Assembly: GCA_002633005.1 (NCBI GenBank)
Contig: NMRA01000017.1
Span: 1,236,706 to 1,300,705, forward strand
Reading direction: 5' to 3'
Length of the DNA stretch: 64,000 nt
From: Phoronis australis
Lineage: Eukaryota > Animalia > Phoronida
The notes beneath the pieces were generated by a model that searched no databases, was not told the DNA's origin, and saw nothing but the letters and a program-made list of their open reading frames with translations. Below are positions 1-15,000 of the stretch, in pieces (positions within the stretch are counted from its first letter, which is position 1; every line of letters starts with the position of its first letter). Both the position numbers and the translations under genes were made by a program.

Positions 1-60
1 GTAGAGCATGAAATAAATGAACCACAACAAAAATGACAAGAATAAATGCTTGGAACTTAC

Positions 61-3000
61 TGCTTTCTTTGCCGTAGACGACTCATGTTCAATTGATTAT
101 TCATGGCCTGCATGTGTTCATTGTGCTCTAAAAGGATTCTGTTCTTGGCACTGAAATCATTTGGTAACAATAAGTTAAAGCCACCACATTGCTAGAGATT
201 GTACAAATTTGACTGAGCACAGTAACGTAGGATATATGTGTCACAACTAAATGAATTAAAATACGTATTGAAATGCCGTTCTGTTACCGACGGTTTTAAG
301 TCAGCCGCTAAAACAGTATAAAATAAAAAGACGAACGTTGGTACTAAAATCTATGAAAATATTTGCCATGTTTTGAGCGGTGTGCTCTTAATCAAGGGTA
401 CCTTATACTGTTTTACACAACTACACAAGTTGATATTATAACCAGTGTTTGATGTTAAAAAACATAACATACTGATTACAAAGCAGCAAATAACCCATTA
501 GTAATAAAAAGAAGTAATGGTGAACATTTTCAAAAAGATGTTCACTCGTCTAATAGAATATTCAGATCAGATCAGGACCATCTCAGTCTATATTTCAAAA
601 TCATTATCTCTGAATTATTAACAATGAAAAGACATTCAAGTGAAATACTTTAACTTATACTGCTTGGCCTTACTGTTTTGTCAAAGCCACAGAGTTCTTT
701 TGCCCACTTAACGGTTTATTTATCCACCAAAAGCTAGTGGCACATGATGTAGTTATTTGTAAGTAATTAGTTTCCCAAAAATAAAAGAAGTTCCAGCTCA
801 ATTTTCCAAATGGCCAATTTCGCCTTAAACAGTTCGAGCACCTATGGTAACAAAATCTTCAATTTGGTACAAAACTTATTGCTAAAATTGGCACATTTCT
901 ATTTTCAGGGGCTTACCACATAGTTAGTTGCGAATGCTCAAAGCTTCACCAAATGCTGTTTGGTAAAAGTTGCGCCATACAAATTATGTTAAAGGCAAAC
1001 TATATTTTCTTGAAAAGTTATTTTTGTTGAGAAATTTGACAAAATGAAATTTTACCTAAATGAAGAACTTTTACCATATGTATACAAGACAACAAGTTAA
1101 TGACTGCATCTTCAGTGGACACGTTCTTTTAGGGTCAGGTAAATTTAACTGAAAAAGCAATCAAACAGTGCCTTCTGTCAAAAACAGACCTTTGATTTAG
1201 GACACTGTCTTAACACTGCTACAAAATTGAACTTTTCTTGTTCTTTACTCAGAAATGATTTCAGGTCATGCTAAGTTGCTTATCATGGGGGTTAAATTTT
1301 GTTGCCAAGACTGTATGGCAATTGGGATTTCCAGACGATTCATTAACAAAACTGAATTCAAACGAGGGATAAGAACACAGTGACATTGCTTCAGAAAGGA
1401 AAATACGCTTGTGAAGAATGTTGATGTTTTTGACATAAGAAAATGGTTAAGAGCAGCTTTGAATGACTTAGATGACTAAACCCTACTCTTCAGTCAGCTC
1501 CAGCTGTTGATCCAAGGCAATCTTTAGTGTATTTTCTTGCTTCTCTCGGGTGCTCTGTTCTTCTGCCTGGTTCTTCAGATCTTCTTCTTCAATCTTCTGC
1601 TTCCTCTGAGCCAGCTTCTCCTTCAGTTTGGCATTCATCTTCATCCTCTCCTCTTCCTTAACACCTGTAATTTAAATGGTGGCTTCAGCGGATGTTGAAG
1701 TCCTTCTTCCCTTTTCCTTCACGGACTACTTGAAAGGATAACAACATTGTGCCACGCCTGTGAGCAAATTAACATCGCATACTTTGAGATAGCGACCTGC
1801 CCTTTAGGAGCTCACTAATTTAATTGTCACAGTGAAAGCAATCAATTCAAAACCATGTGATCATCTATTGCGCTCAAAATTGAGATCTCTGTCAAAGAAC
1901 CATTTATTTCAACCAAACTTATCCATAGGCGGATTTAGTGGGGGAGGCCCAGGGGGCCGGGGGCCCCCCCCCCCTTGGCTGCCGCAAAAAAATAAAACAG
2001 CAAGAGCGTTAAGGGAAATGTTGAGTTTATTAATTTGCCCCGGTAATTAAAATTATACGGATGAAAAAAAGATTTAAACGTGAGCAGTTTTAGTGTTGGG
2101 NNNNNNNNNNNNNNNNNNNNNNNNNNNNNNNNNNNNNNNNNNNNNNNNNNNNNNNNNNNNNNNNNNNNNNNNNNNNNNNNNNNNNNNNNNNNNNNNNNNN
2201 NNNNNNNNNNNNNNNNNNNNNNNNNNNNNNNNNNNNNNNNNNNNNNNNNNNNNNNNNNNNNNNNNNNNNNNNNNNNNNNNNNNNNNNNNNNNNNNNNNNN
2301 NNNNNNNNNNNNNNNNNNNNNNNNNNNNNNNNNNNNNNNNNNNNNNNNNNNNNNNNNNNNNNNNNNNNTTTCACGTGCAAACGCTGTGGACCATAAACAA
2401 GTAGGTCTCTTAGTTTCTATTTGTTAGAGAAATCGTGGTGGTGTAGTGGTAATGCTCGCGCGTCCTGTCAGCCAGGTCGTGAGTTCGAGTCTGAGAAAGT
2501 GTAATTTTTCCTGTGTGACACGTTTTTTTTCCCTTTTTTTCTTGGATAATACATCAGAAATCAAGGAAATGCTTGATTTTTAGAGGAAAAAACAGAAAAA
2601 TTTCCTGGGCGGGAGGGGGGCAACCCTCCCCCCATTCGGTGCTGTGTGCATCTACAATCGTGGTTTGCGCAAATGCTTACAGCCGGACAAAATGTTGGGG
2701 CCCCCCCTTGTGATATCCTAGATCCGCCACTGTTATCAAAGTAGAAAAACAGTGAACAAACTCTAGATGCTAAATTAGCAAGCAGTCCTTAAGCATGGGA
2801 GTTGAAATGACACGAACACTAATTATTTGAATTAAGTGCTTAGGTGCAATGTAAAAACTGGCATTATGTACATCGTTATGCTGAATACATTATCAACATG
2901 AGTATGACAATTACTTACGTTCAAATTCTTCAGCTTGTTGCTGACCAAGTTTCATCAAGCGAGAGACATCCTGTTTTGAAAGTTCAGCTTTATTTTCCAC

Positions 3001-6000
3001 GTCTTCCATGAGAGTTGCATCTTCCTTATCAAAAGCTCTTTCTATTTCCTCATTTGCTTCCTAATAATGAGCACCAATGTCATAAATTTAAGTTGTTTTG
3101 CTGCACGGTATATTGATTTCTCACTAATTTAGAACAATATGGCGAGAAATTGAAATCAAATAAATTCTTAATTTAAAAATTTCATTTTCAAGTTCTATAC
3201 CAAAGTTACCATCAAATGATGTTTACATCAACAGTAGAGATTCACAAAAAGCATTTGATAAAATGAAAAATTATGTCAATTTCTGCCATTATGAGATATT
3301 ACCGTAACAAGAAAACATGGGTGGGGGCTGATTTAGTGAAATGTTGAAACATTGTGGCAAGTGACCATAGCTGAGGGGGACAGGTTGGCAGGGAGTGAAA
3401 ATGTGGCGACTGGGGATTGACTAGGGCTTCCAATTTCTTTGAGGCCCCGAGAAACCTTAATCCAGCATTATGCAGTAAAATACAATTCAATCAACAGCAT
3501 TACTAGAGTCCTAGAACTTGAACCAAAAAACTAGAAGCCATTCGCACCTTTCTAAGAGTTCTGATTTCATCCAACTCTTCGCTGTCCAGTTCATTAATCA
3601 AATTGTCTCGTTCCATTCTTTGCTGCTGGAGAAGATCTTGATAATTCTGAAATGACAAAGATGCCACCAATACAGAAAATGTACTCAATGAGTACTGTTG
3701 TTTTCAGAAAAATTGACAAATTTTGCTTAAATTAGTATTACTTTGATGAAAACCAAGAAAGAGACCAGACAAAAATTGCTATTAAAAATAAGTGAAATAA
3801 ACTGTCTTCAAACTTTGCCAATTGTCAAAAAGAAGACATTTCATCAACATTTTTTGAAATCTACCAGTGTTCTCGTCTGTCTTTATGATTTTTTTAAGTG
3901 TCATAGATCACCACTCTCACATTTTGACCATCTGCCTCAAATTTTATTTCACCAATATTTTTTCCAAGACAGGGCTTGCTGTTATCTCCCTGTCTTTCAC
4001 CAAACTGGCTGTTAATTATAAGTAGTCAACTGAGAGGCAGCAGAAGCCAACAAGCTGAAACTTTTGAGGGATAACCAGCTGGAAGCACTTAAGGTTATAT
4101 AGGATCCTAGAAAAGTGTCCAAATTTGGGTAACTTCTAGACAGGGTATCTCAGAAATGGCTGTTTGGATTCACATGAACCTTTCAGATACTATGCTTTAT
4201 TCACTGTTTCCTAAAATATTGATAACGTAACTTTTTTAAATGTTCCATTTTTCATGAGGAGATATGGACTTTTATGATATTCATGAAGAAAAGTGAAAAG
4301 TAGCATAAAACGAAAGTGAAATGATAATTTAGCAATTTGTAACAGTGTTTTTGAGATTTCTTCTTGAACATTTGTATCAAATGAAATTTGGTCATTGTAA
4401 ATGATCTTACTGTTTTGCTACCAATATACATTTCTTTTTTTTGCTAATTTCGCTAATAATCAAATTCAACAGTCTTTCTGCTTTCAGAACATACTTTTAT
4501 GAAGGCTGAATACACATACTTGCCAATGAAGTCCTACAAAACATTAACATTGCACTGCATCGTTTGTTATCAGGTGCCTGCATGCTTAGATAGTCATCTG
4601 CAGTTAATTGCACTGGAGAATTTCAATAGCACTTGTAACTAACAGTAAAACAAACACAAAATATTTAAGGAAACATTAGGGTATTTGGAAAGTAAACAAA
4701 AATTGATATAACCCAATTCTGACACCATACCCAACAGAAGGCTAGGATTTCTGAAAGTAAGTTTCCCACATGACCGAGTATGATGGGAATTAAACGGAAA
4801 CTTAGTAAGATGACTAAGCCACACTGCAAGTTGAATTTTGCAGCCATAATTATGACAACAAGTCACTTTTGCTGTTCACAGTTATAGCCATCACAGCAGG
4901 TAAATGACATTTTAACAGAATTAATACTGTATTACAGGACACTACAGCTTACTTGTACAGAGTCTTTGCCAGTACTCTTATCTGTTGTGTTAACAAAGGC
5001 CTCTCGCTCCTGTTTCTGTTTTGCTTCCAACTTGCGAAGACGTAACTCACTCTTCTTCTTCAACTTTTCAGCCAATAACAACTTCTGCTTTTGCAGTTCT
5101 GCAAATAATATAAAGGCGGCATGAGGTGAGATATAATCAGTTAAAGGACTTCACTTACAAACAGAAACTGAACAGGGCAGACCTAAGGGAAAACAGCATA
5201 GTTCTAGCAAGGAGTGTAGTAGTATAGGAGAGTTCACTTATGAGTTCGCTGTTACCGCTACTACTAGCGCCGCCAAGTGGTGAACAAGCAACTCTCAACC
5301 AGGAAGCGCCAAAACAATGGGGAAGGACGCATTTTGCAGTGTGATAAATTTCATGAATTCATCCACGAAAACTCCAGACATGTCATTTTTTAGGTTTCCT
5401 AAGGATCCCGAAAGGTAAGGATTATCTGTTATTCAATAAAGTGATACATTGGCTTTCATTTTGTGTGTTCTGTTCACGGTTGTGTCTAGACAAGTCGATC
5501 ACAGTCCCGTTGCCACAGACACTGTTCTGTTGTCTGCAGAGTAGGCTATGCCTACTGTATAACCGGGCTGCCGGCGGAAGGACTATGATGAACGTACGAT
5601 GTGATCGTCAGCTTTTTGAATACTTGCAGTCCATCAAATCCAAATCCAAATGTCACCCGTACGATCGCAGGGACAATTTTAGGAAAACATACCCATGCCC
5701 ATGATGGCCATGAGTAATATGACTGGTGACACAGCCATGGCACAATCACAGCCACAGGGCCACTAAGTCTGTCATGAGTCAAGTTAGCGAATCTGTGGGT
5801 CTCGGTGAAAAGGTGAAAAATCCGAACATAATTTTAATGTGCCAGTTGGACCAATTAAGTTAAGCAGTGCGTCATTGAAAACTTAATTCTATGTGTCAAT
5901 GATGCGGGGGCGCGGCCCTGTTAAAATATCCGTGGACCAACATTTGAGTCCGAATTTTTTTCAGTTGACACCAAAACGCTTTTGTCTCTATCACAATCAC

Positions 6001-9000
6001 AGTACGACAGGAATTCTGTAGTGCAGTGTACTTTAGTGTAGGCTACCAGTCTTCTGTGAACCTAGTGAGTATGAGGTTTGTTCCTGAGTCTCTCAGTCAT
6101 TGATTTCTGTTCAGGTGCAAGCGCTGGGAGCTGACCTCATGAATATAGATGCAACCTATTTGTCCAAGAACCGCAAGTTATATGCTCTCATCACTTCGAG
6201 GAGTCCATGTTCATGAATGAAGAACAAGCTGGTATTGACTGCAGTGCCCGAACAATATTTGATGTCCCGAATCCACCAAAAATGAAGATGTCATGGTCAA
6301 AAAGTTCTTCGGAAATTATATTACAACTCTGGAATAGGCTTTTTTGCATTTCTGATTATCGTCTCACAAAGCAAGTACTGGAACATCACGTGTAGAAAGG
6401 ACAATTAGTCCGCAAAATCTGATTTTCGTATTTTACTAAGGTTGATCAGATTGAAACATTTTATGAATGGTTAGCCTGTGATTTGGAGAGAGCCAAAGTG
6501 AAACTGTCTGATGGATCATTCAGAGTCTGAGTGGTGGGCTGAAATTTTGTTAAACCCAAGCTATCCGTATCATTTTGCTTCTCGATGACAAACACCTCTG
6601 TGAGTAAATTAGTTTTCAGCTTTATTTATAACGCATTTCTTATGCGAAAAGTGCTGTTGTTTGCTAGTGAATTAATAGAGAGTGACAAGGTTGGTCAGAT
6701 TTTCTTGTTGTATTGGTTGGTGTATGTGTTGCCTGTTTTGTACGTTTTTGGAGATTGTGATTAATTTAAGGCTAGGTATCAGATATGATCTTGTGGTTTG
6801 GCTTTAACTTACCTGAAATATTTACTAATAGGAACAGTGGGTATATAAAATAAAATTTTGGTTTTATCATCCAAGTCTTTTTAATTCAATTTTGTATGAA
6901 GTTATGTGGGTGGTGAATATTTTGATTGCTGTTTAGTATCTCTTAATTCTTTGTCATGATATTTTGAACTTTGAATAGTTATGAGTAATGATATACTCAA
7001 TGTTACTTCATTTTGTAAGTTGTAAGCTATTCTACAGATTAGCAAGTAACTTGTAACTGTTGGTGAGTGGGAGAGTGGGATTGAGCCCTATACTGGCATG
7101 TCTAAGAAATAATGGAATGTTCTAAAATTGTATTACGATTTTGTGGTATTGATGAATTGCCTTGCTTTCTTCTTCTCACTTGTGTAACACCCACTGCACA
7201 AAACAATTGTCTGCATTGCCAGTAGCCTCATGCATTGAATAGGGAACACATGCGAAATTGTTGGGTGGAGATGAAACCAGCAGTGAGCTGGGAGCAACTT
7301 GTTTGTCAATGGTCAGGGGAGCAACCAAAATGTGTGACGATGGGAGGGGCTCAACACCCATGTGGCATACATACCCATTGGTTTTTACCTGTTTAGCACT
7401 CCTACCATGTAACCCCCCTGGGAGGGGGTCAACACCTATTTGGCGCCCACCTGCCAGTTTTTGCCTGGTACCCCCTTAGCTGGCACCTGGGGGGAATTCC
7501 CCTCTGAACCCCCAGGAGCAATCATTCAAATTATGTAGTCCATGGTGGTATGAACTGTTATGGAACGATAATTACCGTGTTAAGAACTCAAACATGAAAC
7601 AAAACCATGTTGAATTTTGAAGGGAGCTTCAAGAGAATAAAAACGAATACACTTTAATATTGATTAAAATACACATTTTCTTTCTCATTCTATTGTAAGT
7701 GGATGTTAGTTTATGTACCATTTTCAATCACACAGTAATTTTATTGCACGCTGAATGTCATTAAAGTATGAATTTATGAGCGTTTACATTGTTCGGACTG
7801 CGCGCCAAACTAAGTGTTGATTATTCACTGCTTGGAGCGCTAGTGTTTCGACCAGCAACCATTGCGGCGAATGGTAAAATGGCGGAGTGAACTCTCCTAT
7901 ACTCGTACACTCCTTGGTTCTAGTATCAGGTTCTATGGAAAATCCAGTTGGTGATGTGGCATTTTTAGTCGTCACTTTTTCAAAAAAAATCAACCTGAGA
8001 TGAGCAAAAATGTGTGATTTTTTACTCGTCACTTGGCAAACCTTGCTTACCCTTGTTTACATGGCCCTGCGTGGTTTTTCAAAAAATAAAACACCGCACC
8101 TTGACCTAATGAAAACTTGACACAATAACATAGGTAGTGGTATCGAGCAGTTAACAACTGTTTTAAGCACTTGTGCCCAAATGAAACCAGACGCAAAATA
8201 AAATTATCAAATAATTTGAAAAATGGCTGGAAATTTGTGCTTCTGAATTTTGAAGAAGAAATGTTGTCATCTGTTTTTGAAACTACTGTACCTTACCATA
8301 ACATGACCTGTGTCATTATCATGACCAGCACAGTCATAACTTACCATAAGTCATATGACCTGTGTAGTCAGACCTTATTAATATTGCCAGCAGAGTCATA
8401 ATTTACCAAAATCATATGACCTCTTTAGTCAGAGCTCATTATCATAACCAGCACAGTCCCAATTTATCACAAACACATGACCTTTGTAGTCAGACCTCAT
8501 TATTTTACCCAGCATAGTCATAACTTACCTTCCTCCTGCACAGCCTGCGTCCTACGTAGGTTAGTTTCATACTCCTCTATCAGCTCATCTCTCTGTCTAT
8601 CCAACAGCTTGTTATCAGTGACAAGTGTGGTTAGAGTCTCACTCTGCTGCTGTCTCTTGGACACCACCAGTTTTGTAGTCTGTTCCTTCTCAGCTTCAAG
8701 TTTTTCTGCCAGGTGGCGACGTCTGGCTAGCCTTTCCTCAAGAGCCTATGAAATCGTAAGTGACTGCCTTTTAGAAAAATTTGTCATAAATGTTGGACCA
8801 CATTTAAAAGTAATTGCAAAATAGATTGCACGTACCTAATATCCAGGCATGTGGTTGTATATGCCCCAATTTACACTGACAGGGCGCATAAGATTTTAAT
8901 ACAATCATTGGAACACATAATATAGAGACTGAGGACTCCACCCACGTGACCACTAGAGTTAAAAGATGTCATGCGACTTACCAGAGCTTGCCTCCTCGCC

Positions 9001-12000
9001 TCTTCATTCAGATGTCTTTCACACTTCTCCATATCTTGTGTTAGTTTGGCCATCATGGCATCCAGTTGATCATCGGACAACCCCGCCTTCTTTATGTCAC
9101 GCTGCATAGTCTCTTTCTCGTTGTTGAGCATGGAATGCTGGAAAAACAAAATGAATGCGTAAACAAAAACACTTAAAAATTTAACTACTGCATTCATTTG
9201 ACAGAATTAGTAAATTCTTCCTAAAAGAATTTCAAATATTTCTAAATAGCAATGATCTTAAAAATGTCCCAGAACATAATCTGGTTGGTCAGGGCTGAGT
9301 CAATAAAAAGCAGAGTTCAATGAATTTGAAGTGTTTGAACTAGATTATGATAAACATGTCTCACCATCTTAGCAACAGTCCGAGACTGCAGATTTTCTTT
9401 CTCCTTCTCCAGTTTGGATGGGTTTTTCTTTAGGTCATCACGTTTCAACAATTCCTGGAAATAAAAAAAAATTAAAGATAACTTTACCTTACCTTTAGGT
9501 TTAGTATAAGTAGCTCAATACACTCAAGACTGCTATTTACGACTAGACCCTTAAATGCCTGCACCATTTATCCTTAAATTTTTTTCAGCGCAATATGACT
9601 ACTATATTCAGAGCTCGACCTCTGTTCTTCCAAACACTGGGATCTAATGGGCCCACCTTCCAAAATTCTGGAAGACCATTTCAATTCCATATCTTCCATA
9701 AAACTGGAAGACAAAGAGCATCAGGTGGTACTTTCAACATTGAAATTACCCGATAACGCACAAATTATTTTCTTTTGTATGTTTTATTTAATAATCCTTA
9801 CAATACATAAAAACTGCATTCATGGTGATGCACCCATAAACTCGACAAGCATCTTCTTAGTTTAGTTACATATTCAAATAATGCAAAAATGCAGCCTCCG
9901 GAAATTTTGATATTTAATACAGTTCAAATTAATGCACTATATTTATTGTATCGAACAGTGATTTCCCTATTGTTAAGATAACAATTTCCACTAGAATTGT
10001 CAGTTTGTAAAATTAACTGAGGTCTCTGCTTTCAATGACAACATTTGTTGGAAACATACCAAACACCTTAGACTTACCTCTTCAGCTTGTTTCTGCTCTT
10101 GCTGACAGAGGGCTCTAATGTTCTTCAGTTGTTTCTCAAAGCGATCAATGAAATCACTGGCAAACTCGTGGGTAATTACTTCTTTCTCAACTTGCTTCTC
10201 AATCAGTTTACGAGTCAGGAAGATGAGCAACTGTTAACAAAGGGTGCAATAAATTGAATGTCAATAGATTTGGAGAAATTCAAAAAATCTCACATCATCA
10301 GGACAAGGAACAGCAAGGTTAAATGATGAGATCTTAATTTTGTTCAAGTTAGCACCCCATAATTTGCATTGTATTTCACCAAGTATTCACAACCGTTTCC
10401 ATTTAATGGCCATATTATGAAAACAATTAGAAAATATTAAGTGAACACTTCACCGATCTACTATTCAAAATAAAAAATTAAGGTTAATTTCAATATTTTT
10501 CACATAGTAAAGACAACATCACTCTGCTTGAGTGGTAGCCATCATTCTTATAGCACCACTGTTGTGATCACCATGACTACTGTCACCATCAGCACCATCA
10601 CCCTAGTCACTTAACACAGCAGTCGTCATTTCCATCGTCACGACCACCATTGACATCACTACAAACATCACCACAGATACAACCCTCATCGTCAACACCA
10701 CCAACACCATCAACACCAACAACATTGTCATCACAACTCACCGTAATCTTTTCATCCCACAGCTCTGCTTCCAGTCGCACAATCTCCATGAGGTCCTGAC
10801 TAGTTAACTCAAATACCACTCCATCACTGAAAAAAAAATTCAGATTCTCTGCATACCTGTGTTGTGCAAGCAACTCACAGGGGTGCACTGCACGATGGCT
10901 CTCATTATGTCCAACTACTGATCTGCACCATGAGTGGATTGTGACCTTATGTAAACTGCTGTTGTAATTGTTGGCCTTGGCTCAACAGTGCACGTAAATA
11001 CATTTGAATCTATGAAAACATGCAGTACAACAATAGGCCAAGAATATGAACAATGATTTTTCTAATATCATAAAGCAAAAACATGTTCATCTACAGTCTT
11101 CATCCAACCTCACCTAGTGGTCTGCACAAGAGCATCTAGGAAAGACGTGTGTGGATGTTCTGACTTTTCAAGGTCATCCAGGGCAGTCTCTTCTTCCGCG
11201 TCTTCCTTTGCAGTCTTCTGCTTCTTCATGTTCGCTCGTTTCTTCTTCTTCCCGTCTTCTTCCTCATCAATAATGTACTGAAATAATCATGGAACTTATC
11301 AGGTATACTCACTAAGAGGATATGATTCTCATATAAGAAGGATTTTGTGGAAGGTGCAGATGGGTATTTTGTCACCTCAGATATTGCCTTGGTTAGACAA
11401 CTCATTTAACAGGTGTTAAACTAGGTGGGGATTGAATTGTTCTGGTATTTCTTTCTCAGGTATTATTTTGGTAGGTATTAAATTTTTGTCAGGAACCATC
11501 TCAGGAGCATGCAGTTGTGTTTTCCAGTATTGTTTTGGGCCGGCCTGATACCGTAATTTTGCACAAAAAATTCCAAAAGTTGTCACTTTCTTTTTTTCAA
11601 AAGCTGATTACTTTAATGCAAACGATGGATTTTTTCCAAAATTAGTTTTATGACATCTGCACAGTACAATCTATGCTTAGAAATAGTCTAAAATTTTCTT
11701 AATCTTTATTTTGTGAAGAAATTTGATAAAACAGAAATTCCCTTGTCAGCCATATTGTGCGCTAATTAAGTCAAGAAATACCATATACTGAAAAAATGTT
11801 TTTATCTCGTAACCACTTTCAAAATTGTGACTCATAATTCCAGGACTAGAAGACGACCTTTGGTCTCTGTGCTTAGTACAGGGGGCTGATGATAATTTGT
11901 ATTGAATCGGATATTTTTCCTCATTTAATATCACCTCCTGCATGTGGATTATTTCTCAATCAATTTTGGGTGGATTTTGATATTTGACTTCCCGGAAACA

Positions 12001-15000
12001 GAAACAGTCACACTTTTCAACTTCTTTCAGACAAATGGGCAATTTGTGAATACTACAAGTTTTATGTTAGTTTACACAAATTCACAAGCTAAAACTCTGC
12101 ACGTGCAGATTTGAGTTACAGTACATGCACACTAACTCCAAGTATTACTTAAAGTTGACCAAACAAAGAGGACTACCCCTATTTCAGTTCTATACATTGG
12201 CATCTCATTCCATTTATTTTCAGTAAATGATGTCAATCACAAACTTATTTCACTGCCTTAAAACACAAGCCAAACATTGAACATCAAATTACAAGTAAGG
12301 TGATAATGCAGATTACCTCATCATATTGTGCAAATTGTTCTCGAAGTTTAACGACATGGACAGTGGGGTAAGCAAAATGCCACATTTTAAGGGAGTTCAA
12401 CGAAGTTTTAATTTATTATAAAATTCTTCTAAATTGTAGTCTCTGTCAAGTAAAAATCCACAAAAAAGTGGGGGTCACTGAATAAATGTTTCCGTTACGT
12501 ACACTACCTAAACAAAACCTCTGGCAAAAAAGCGAAATATACATGGGTTACTGAAAAACTTAATCTAACTTATTAAATTAACGATTGAAATCCTTTTCAA
12601 AACGAATACTTTTGTTGTATAATGACACTTTTACCTTTACAAGTCTTTAATTATATTTTTTCTCCATTTACTGGTTTTCTTTTGTTGGCATAAGTAAAAT
12701 TTTTTTCTTACTTTGGAATTTCAGCATTTTGGCTTTTAACAAAATTTTTATATGATACCCTAATATGAAATATGAAAAAAAGACTTTTGGAGTATTTTAG
12801 TTCATATAAGAACGTGCAATTTGATCTTTTCAACAACATGCTATTTTCAAGGTCACGATTACCTGCCACAATTCACTAGAAGGTGATTATGCAGTTGGGA
12901 ATACGAAACATGTTAACAAGTTGATGTGAATGAGCTACGAGGGAAAACTTCTCCAATAAATTAAAATTTTACTGTTTTCTTTGAATTAAGACGTAAAATG
13001 TCTGTACTTGTGTTCATGCCTATTTTAATGTTAGCATGACATTAATGTGAAATTTGATGTCACATAATATTAAATAACGCTACAATAACAATAATTCAAA
13101 ACAAAATCAACATTTTTCAAATTAAGCAATCATCAAGTAACAATCAAATGTTTTATGAAACAGTCATTTAAACCACTACAAACCCCTCAACCATTTTGAA
13201 ACCCTTAATGAAGAGTTGTATATAAAGTACTGATTTGATTAAGACATGCATATTGCATCATATTAACCAAAGTTCAGTTCTTGGTATTTAACATAACATA
13301 AGTTTATTCATATGTCATGACAATTTATAATATTTCTCAAGTTTGTGTTTTATAAGATGCTTGTTAACAGTCAAATATATGTCATTTGTGTTTCACTTTG
13401 CCAACATAAGGTAAAAATTGAATGAAGCCACCGTGATGTTACCTTTCAGTTTCAATTGCTTTACAAAGGTTCTACAACTATTTAACTATCTGGTGACTAA
13501 TACCCTGTAAGTGTATATAATACAATAAAACTAATAAAACATATTGCAAGAACATGGCACTTAAATAATTATTTCACAATCATGAAATGCATGGTTGAAC
13601 ACACTGCTGATGAGTGTATTCATCCCTTTGTGCTTTGGCCATCTCTCACATGACCTAATGTTTACCAACACACAGCAATGATCACCATGGCTACCCATTT
13701 GCACAGACAAGCCTTGAGGAGGGCCTAATAGCTGTGTGTACACAAAGGCATTCCCTATTAATCATTTTAAACAGCTATGCAAACAATTGAAGGCCTGAAC
13801 CAGCATTAAGTGGGTATTGCACATTCAAGCTGTACTATTTATATTGTTTGGTGTCTTAGTGATTATGCACTGCATAACATGAACCAAACTAAGTTTATTT
13901 CCTTCAGTGTATGTTTAAGGTATTGTTGTAGGCAATACTTCAGTTAATGAAATCAATTGAATGATGAAGAATCAATAAGGGAATTGTAAGACTTGAACAG
14001 GCACTGGTCAGAAAACACCTAAATCAGTAAATGCAAAGTTATCATAAATGAATGAACAACTGATGAAGTGTTGAACTGCCAGTGTAGGTATGTCTCCTTG
14101 TGTTTATTGGTCTGACAGTGTGTTTATACACAGATTTACAGTGTGTTTATACACACATTTACAAATCAAAACTCAGCCAATGTTGAGTTACAACACCCAC
14201 TATTACAGAAACTCCATTAAGTATTTCACACAAAATTACCGGTGATTGCCAGAATTGTTATTTTTCTATCATTTTTCAAAAGCTGATTACCTTACTTCAT
14301 GTTATGGAAACTTTACTGAATGTTGCTGTGTGTTGTAACATCTAGCCTGTTCAATCCAAGCAAATAATTGACTACAATTTTCTTAATTTCCATTTTTATT
14401 AAAAAGTTTCAAGAAAAATTCACTTGTCGGCCATATTATGCACTGAATAGTTGAATACGGTAAAGTCGCGTGATTTTCGGACACTGAAAATTAATTCCAA
14501 TAGAANCCTTGTACGAATTTCGTGGACTATGAAAAACTCATTTGGGAAATATTTAATCTTGGTCGAAAATGGCGGGCCGTCCGAAAATCACGCGACTTTA
14601 CCGTAAGTACTGTCAACCCAATACTAGACCTTAAGTATTTACTAAGCACACAGGACTGCTGTTTCCAGAATTAGGTACAGTAATTTTTCATCGACTTAGC
14701 ACACAATATGATGCACCAGAGAAATTTTCTTTTGTCAAAAATTTACACAAAAACAACAAATGAATTTTTTGTCTATTATTAGCTTGGTTTGTACAATGTA
14801 GATGTCATAAAATGCCATTTGGTAAGTTGCTGTTATTTGGATCAAAGTAATTAGGGTTCGAAGAATGGGAAATTATAATTTTGACAATTATTCTTGTCTG
14901 ACATAAATGCATAATTACCTTACATTTATGTTTCACAAGTTATTTTTCCACAAAACAGCAAACCTATACTGTACATGCACACATTCAGGGCCACGTGCTT

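Noticed and set aside
2080-2427. ORFs made of X residues
   Set aside because: Artefacts of the N gap.
10607-10741. D/G/V-rich extension of ORF 10607..10888
   Set aside because: Read-through into a low-complexity intronic tract beyond the donor at 10741.
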